Below, one piece after another: positions 59,181-64,000 of a DNA stretch of 64,000 nt. The first letter of the stretch is position 1; every line of letters starts with the position of its first letter. The notes beneath the pieces are model-generated. The model saw only the letters and a program-made list of their open reading frames with translations, had not been told where the DNA came from and ran no database searches. This DNA is from Basidiobolus meristosporus CBS 931.73 (taxonomy: Eukaryota; Fungi; Basidiobolomycota). Made by a program: the position numbers and the translations under genes. The stretch covers positions 35,545 to 99,544 of the forward strand of contig MCFE01000301.1 in NCBI GenBank assembly GCA_002104905.1. The letters are read 5' to 3'.

Positions 59181-62100
59181 GGTTATGAGCCCCAAGCTGT
59201 CACTCTCTGCAATGTCTACTACTGCTATTACTGGAATTTTACCTTCTGCTGAAAAGATGGATGGATATAACTACCAAGTGTGGAAGGTGAAGATGAAGAT
59301 GCTGCTACAAGAAAGAGGCCTATGGGATATTGTCATGGGAGAAGAATGCCCTCCTAAAAACATGGGAGAGGAAGCCTTAAAGTACCAGAAGAAAGAACAA
59401 AGTGCCTTTAACTGCATTTGCCTTAATGTCAAGGACAAATTGCTAATTCAATGCTCAAGAGCAAAAATGGCAAAGAATGCCTGGAAAGCATTAGAAGACA
59501 CCTACCAGTCATGTTCAGCTGCCAAGAAAATTTATCTGAGACACAAATTCTTTACTACAAAGATGCTACCAGGAGAAAATATGAAAAATCTAATTAACCA
59601 AATTACCCTGCTGGTAGATGAGATGGAATCTGTGGGCATACCAACTACTGATGAGGATGTGATAGTTACCATCCTGAATAGCCTGACAGACAAGTTTCAG
59701 GGCCTTGTATCAGCCCTAGAGTCCAGAGCTGAAGATTTGACCTTAAATTACGTATATGGAAGGCTCCTGGATGAAGAATTAAGAAAATCAAGCGCCAATA
59801 AGAAGGAAGAAGAAAATGCTTTAATAAGCAATGATAACCAACAAAGGAGGTACCCAAGACCCTACAAAGGCAACAGCACCTGCTTTGTAACTACTGCAAA
59901 AGGAAAGGACACACATCAGACCGGTGTCTCAAAAAGAAAGATAATCAGCAAAAGAAGCCTGAACATGGAAATGCTGCAAGAACTGAAGATAGACTACTCA
60001 TATCTGCACTAAATATGACCACAAACAAGGATTCTCAGATGTGATATATTGACTCTGGAGCATCTCAACACTTTACACACCAAAAAGAACTTTTTACCCA
60101 ATATCAAGAAATTCCAATTAAGAAGGCTTTCATGGGTGACAATAGAACACTTGATGCAGTGGGAGAAGGAACTATCCAAGTAAACCTTAGAAGCAGTGAA
60201 GGAAGCCATACACTGACCTTCAAAGAAGTACTCTATGTACCAGAAATAGCCAAGAACCTACTCTCTGTAAGCAAGGCCAGAGCAGAAGGACTCAGTTTCA
60301 GTTTTGACAATTCTGGATGCAGGATCACTGATCAAAATGGTGCTCATATTGCTTTGGGCATCAGAGATCAGAGTCTATACAAGTTGACTTATAATCCATC
60401 ATATCTGGAAGCCAATATAAGTAACTTAAATGAAGAAATACTAATGCTTTGGCATAGGAGATTTGGACACATCAATTTTGATTATTTGCGTAAAATTATC
60501 AAAGATCAGCTAATTTCTGGAGTGAAAGTTGATCCCCCAGCTAATTTGGAGCACTGTAAAGCCAGCATATATGGGAAACAAGCCAGACAACTGTTCAAGA
60601 GCTCTGGGTTAATCAAAACTAAGAAAAATTAGATCTAGTTCACTCAGATCTGTGTGGACCTATGCAAAATTTATCCTTAGGTGGGATGAAGTATTTAATC
60701 ACTTTTATTGATGATTATACAAGATACACATGGGCCTACTTCATGGAGAGAAAGGAAGAAGCTCTGTCTAAGCTCAGGGAGCTTAAAGCCATGGTGGAGA
60801 GAGAAACTGGTGAAAAAATCAAGAAAATATGCTCTGACAAAGGTGGAGAATATACCTCAAAACTCTTCATTCACTTCTGCAAAATTCATGGGATAAAGCA
60901 AGAGACTACTGTACCATACTCTCCACAGCAAAGTGGAGAAGCAGAATGAGCTAACAGATCAATAATTGATATGGCAAGATCTATGATCCATGATCAAAAA
61001 TTATCCTATGATTTTTGGGCGGAATCAGTTGCCACTGCTGTATACCTTAAAAATAGGAGTTATAACAGAATACTTTGTGATTCTACTTCATTTGAGGCAT
61101 GGCATGGATACAGATCAAGTGCAGAACATCCAAGAATATTTGGGTGTACCGCATATACCAAAAAACTGGCCTGAAATCAGTCAAAATTTGAGCCAAAAAG
61201 TGTAAAATGCATATTTTTGTGCTACTGCAATGAGAGTAAGGCATACAGACTCTACAATACCAAAGCAAAGAAGCTGATCAAGTCCAGGGATGTGTTTTTT
61301 GATGAAAATTCAAAATTCTCACAAAAAATGACATCAGATGATGACAAAAATTTGATCACAAGTCCACCAATTGTCAGGATTGCATCAGAGCAAAACAATG
61401 AAGATTTTTTCACTCCAGAGGACTCTACAACTGTGGTTCAGCCAGAATCAGTGCCCAGGAATATCCCAGAAGTGATCATTCTAGTATCAAATGCCCGGAG
61501 ATCCAATTGGACAAGAAATAGCCCAAATTACTATATCAATGAGGGTACAAACTTAGTCTATGCCTATTCCGTCCATGTTGATGAAACCCAGACTGTACAA
61601 GAGGCCCTAAATAGCCCTCAGACAAAGTTTTGGAGATCTGCAATGACTGATGAATATCAGGCCCTGATGGAAAATCAAACTTGGGACTTAGTCAAATTAC
61701 CAATCAACCAAAAATCAATTGGATGCAGATGGGTCTTCAAGACAAAATACAAGGCTGATGGTACAATTGAAAGATACAAAGCAAGACTTGTAGCCAAAGG
61801 ATACTCTCAAACAAAAGGACTTAACTATACTGAGACCTTTGCACTGGTAGCCAAGTTTAATTCCATCAGATTAATTTTGGCTATTGCAGCCAAATATAAG
61901 ATTTTTATTCATCAATGGATGAAAAAACTGCATTTTTGAATGGATAACTTGATGAGGACATGTATATGAACCAGCCTGATGGGTTTGTTGACCAAGATAA
62001 CCCCCGTTTGGTCTGCAAGCTTAAAAAGTCACTATATGGTCTCAAACAATCACCAAGAGCCTGGAATTGCAAGATAGATTCTTATTTGGAATCTTTGAGT

Positions 62101-63166
62101 TTCAAAAGGAGTAATGCTGACTATAGTATATACTATAGGCCAGAAAGAGCAAATCCAGTTCTATTAGCTCTATATGTGGATGATCTTATTATAGCCACCA
62201 ATAACTTAGAAACAATGGAAGAGACTAAATCCAGCCTATCTAAGGAGTTCAAGATGTCCAATCTAGGAGAACTTAGTTACTACTTAGGGATTAAGTTCTC
62301 TATAGACAGAAGTACCCAGACTATTGCCCCAAGCAATCCAAGTATATTCAAGATATACTAAAGAAGTACAAAATGGAAGACTGTAAACCGGCAGCTACCC
62401 CAATGGAGACAAACCTTAACTTGGTCAAAACTCAACCAAATCAAGAGAGCTTGGTGCCATCTGAAAGCCCTGACTTTCCTTATCAATCTATAGTTGGCAG
62501 TCTGATGTACATCATGCTTGGAACATGTCCAGATATCTCATATTCAGTGGGAGTTGTCAGCCAACATAATCAGAACTATGGATCTGATCACATTGCAGCA
62601 GTTAAGTGGATTTTTAGATACCTAAAAGGAACTGCTGATATCTGCTTAAGATACACTCATAAGGATTCAGAACAGGATCTTGTGGGATACTCTGATGCTG
62701 ATTGGGGACAAAATTTGGAAGACAGAAGATCCACCACAGGATACACCTTTCTTTACTGTAAAGGAGCAATTTCATGGAATTTAAGAAAGCAACCAACCGT
62801 AGCACTTTCTACCACAGAGGCAGAGTACGTGGCAGCCTGTGAAGCTACAAAAGAAGCAATGTGGCTAAGAAAGCTTTTTACAGATTCAGGCCTATGTCAA
62901 AAAATGCCTATTACTTTATTTCAAGATAGTCAAGGATGTATACAATTAGGTAGAAATCCAGCTTTTCATGCTAGAACGCAAGCACATAGATATTAGACAT
63001 CATTTCATACGTGAAGCTATACAGAATAACTTAGTTAGCTTAGCTTCACTGTCCTACAGATGAAATGATTGCAGACATATTTACCAAACCATTAGCTAGA
63101 GAACAAGTTTGAATATCTTAGGTCAAAATTAGGACTAGTCAGTATGAACATTTAGCTGAGTGGGAG

Positions 63167-63517
63167 TGTTGTAAAAATTTGTAATTCCACCTAAATATTC
63201 ACCTAACTTAGTCACTTAGATCATTACCCTCAAAATCCTAGAGAATACTGACCAAATTCCTTGTCAGGATTTACTTAGAATATTTTCACCAAAATACCAG
63301 GTACCCAGAACATGAAATTCTCAAAGTTGTCCAAACAGCCCCAAACTTTGCACACATGTTCTTTGGACCTTCCTTAACCTATTCTACGTGTTTGTAATGC
63401 CAAGACCATGTAAAAGTATAAATACTACTTATTACATTTGATAAATCATTAAGTGAAAACCACATAATCTACTTGTCCTCCCCAATCACTTCCAATTTCT
63501 CCAAGACTCTTACAACA
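63167..63517 (+). repeat. Copia 3' LTR, preceded by PPT GAGTGGGAG (63158..63166)
   Basis: Direct repeat of the 5' LTR with roughly 20 differences by eye. Confidence 0.93.
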
Positions 63518-63804
63518 ATAAGAAGCCAAGAAATGATGTGCCTAGCAGAAAGCAGAAGCTCTACAATGAGATATTTAATCATTTCAGAGTGAGGGTAGAG
63601 CATACATTTGGATATCTGAAGAGATTCAGCATATTAGCAGGTAAATACAGAGGAAAGTCATATATAGGAGAAAATAGCAGAATAAGTAACATAGTTAAGA
63701 TACTTATCAATGCACAGTATACTTCATACAAGAAGACATTCACTGAGAGAAATATGTCTGGAGCATTACAAAGATTAAATAAAGCAAGGAAAGCACTACT
63801 CTGA
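63518..63804 (+). mobile_element. PIF/Harbinger (DDE_Tnp_4-like) transposase C-terminal fragment
   Basis: (Y)KKPRNDVPSRKQKLYNEIFNHFRVRVEHTFGYLKRFSIL matches the YN..x..R..VE..FG.LK.F.IL motif of this family. Confidence 0.72.
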
Positions 63805-64000
63805 GCAACATAAGTAAAATTGAGTAAAATTACCAGTAACTATAACCTACCACTGGCATGATGGTAGAATTATAGTCCAGATAGTGCCAGATCAATCAGC
63901 ACCATAAACAGGCTGGCACTATGTGGCACTATCCAACAGAACAAGTCTATTGTGGCAAGCCTTTCAGCCACAAAGCACATAGACAGTATAGGAAGTATTA

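Larger units (their letters stand above)
58832..63517 (+). mobile_element. Full-length but inactivated Ty1/Copia LTR retrotransposon
   Basis: LTR-PBS-gag (NYQVWKVKMKMLL..GLWDIV; CNYCKRKGHTSDRC knuckle in a shifted frame)-PR (*YIDSGAS)-GAG-pre-integrase (LWHRRFGH)-IN (VHSDLCGP, PQQSGEAE*ANR)-RT (YKARLVAKG, LKKSLYGLKQSPR, YVDD)-RNaseH (YSDADWG, SWxxRKQPTVALSTTEAEY)-PPT-LTR, with several stops and frameshifts. Confidence 0.96.

Overview
Intron-rich eukaryotic DNA, most likely from an early-diverging fungus (inference: short ~55-85 nt introns, a BRCA1-like RING/BRCT gene, U12-type minor introns, Hmp1/CsbD-like genes). It has three zones. (1) 1-28.8 kb is gene-dense: MetRS 3' end, trypsin, V-ATPase B, a single-pass membrane protein with an AT-AC minor intron, a protein with about eight homeodomains, Rap1, a BRCA1-like gene, SYF1 with a GT-AG minor intron, a protein with a novel triple repeat, an HMG-box gene, a DinB-like gene, RPN10, a PDK-family kinase with an apparent 1-nt frameshift, an RNAi-type RdRP and an MGRN1/LOG2-like RING ligase. 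(2) 29.1-52.1 kb is an array of about 30 intronless copies (27 intact ORFs including 3 structural variants, 1 frameshifted, 2 relics) of a 96-aa CsbD/Hmp1-like hydrophilin. Most copies are head-to-head pairs around shared bidirectional promoters with TGACGTCA (CRE) sites, most carry a Pumilio-type UGUAHAUA element after the stop codon, and the array contains kb-scale inverted duplications. (3) After a GH5 exo-glucanase, 54.4-64 kb is a strongly CpG-depleted transposon graveyard: a solo LTR relic, a Ty3/Gypsy relic, a full-length but mutated Ty1/Copia element with both LTRs, and a PIF/Harbinger transposase fragment. All calls are by eye from the sequence; no database searches were run.
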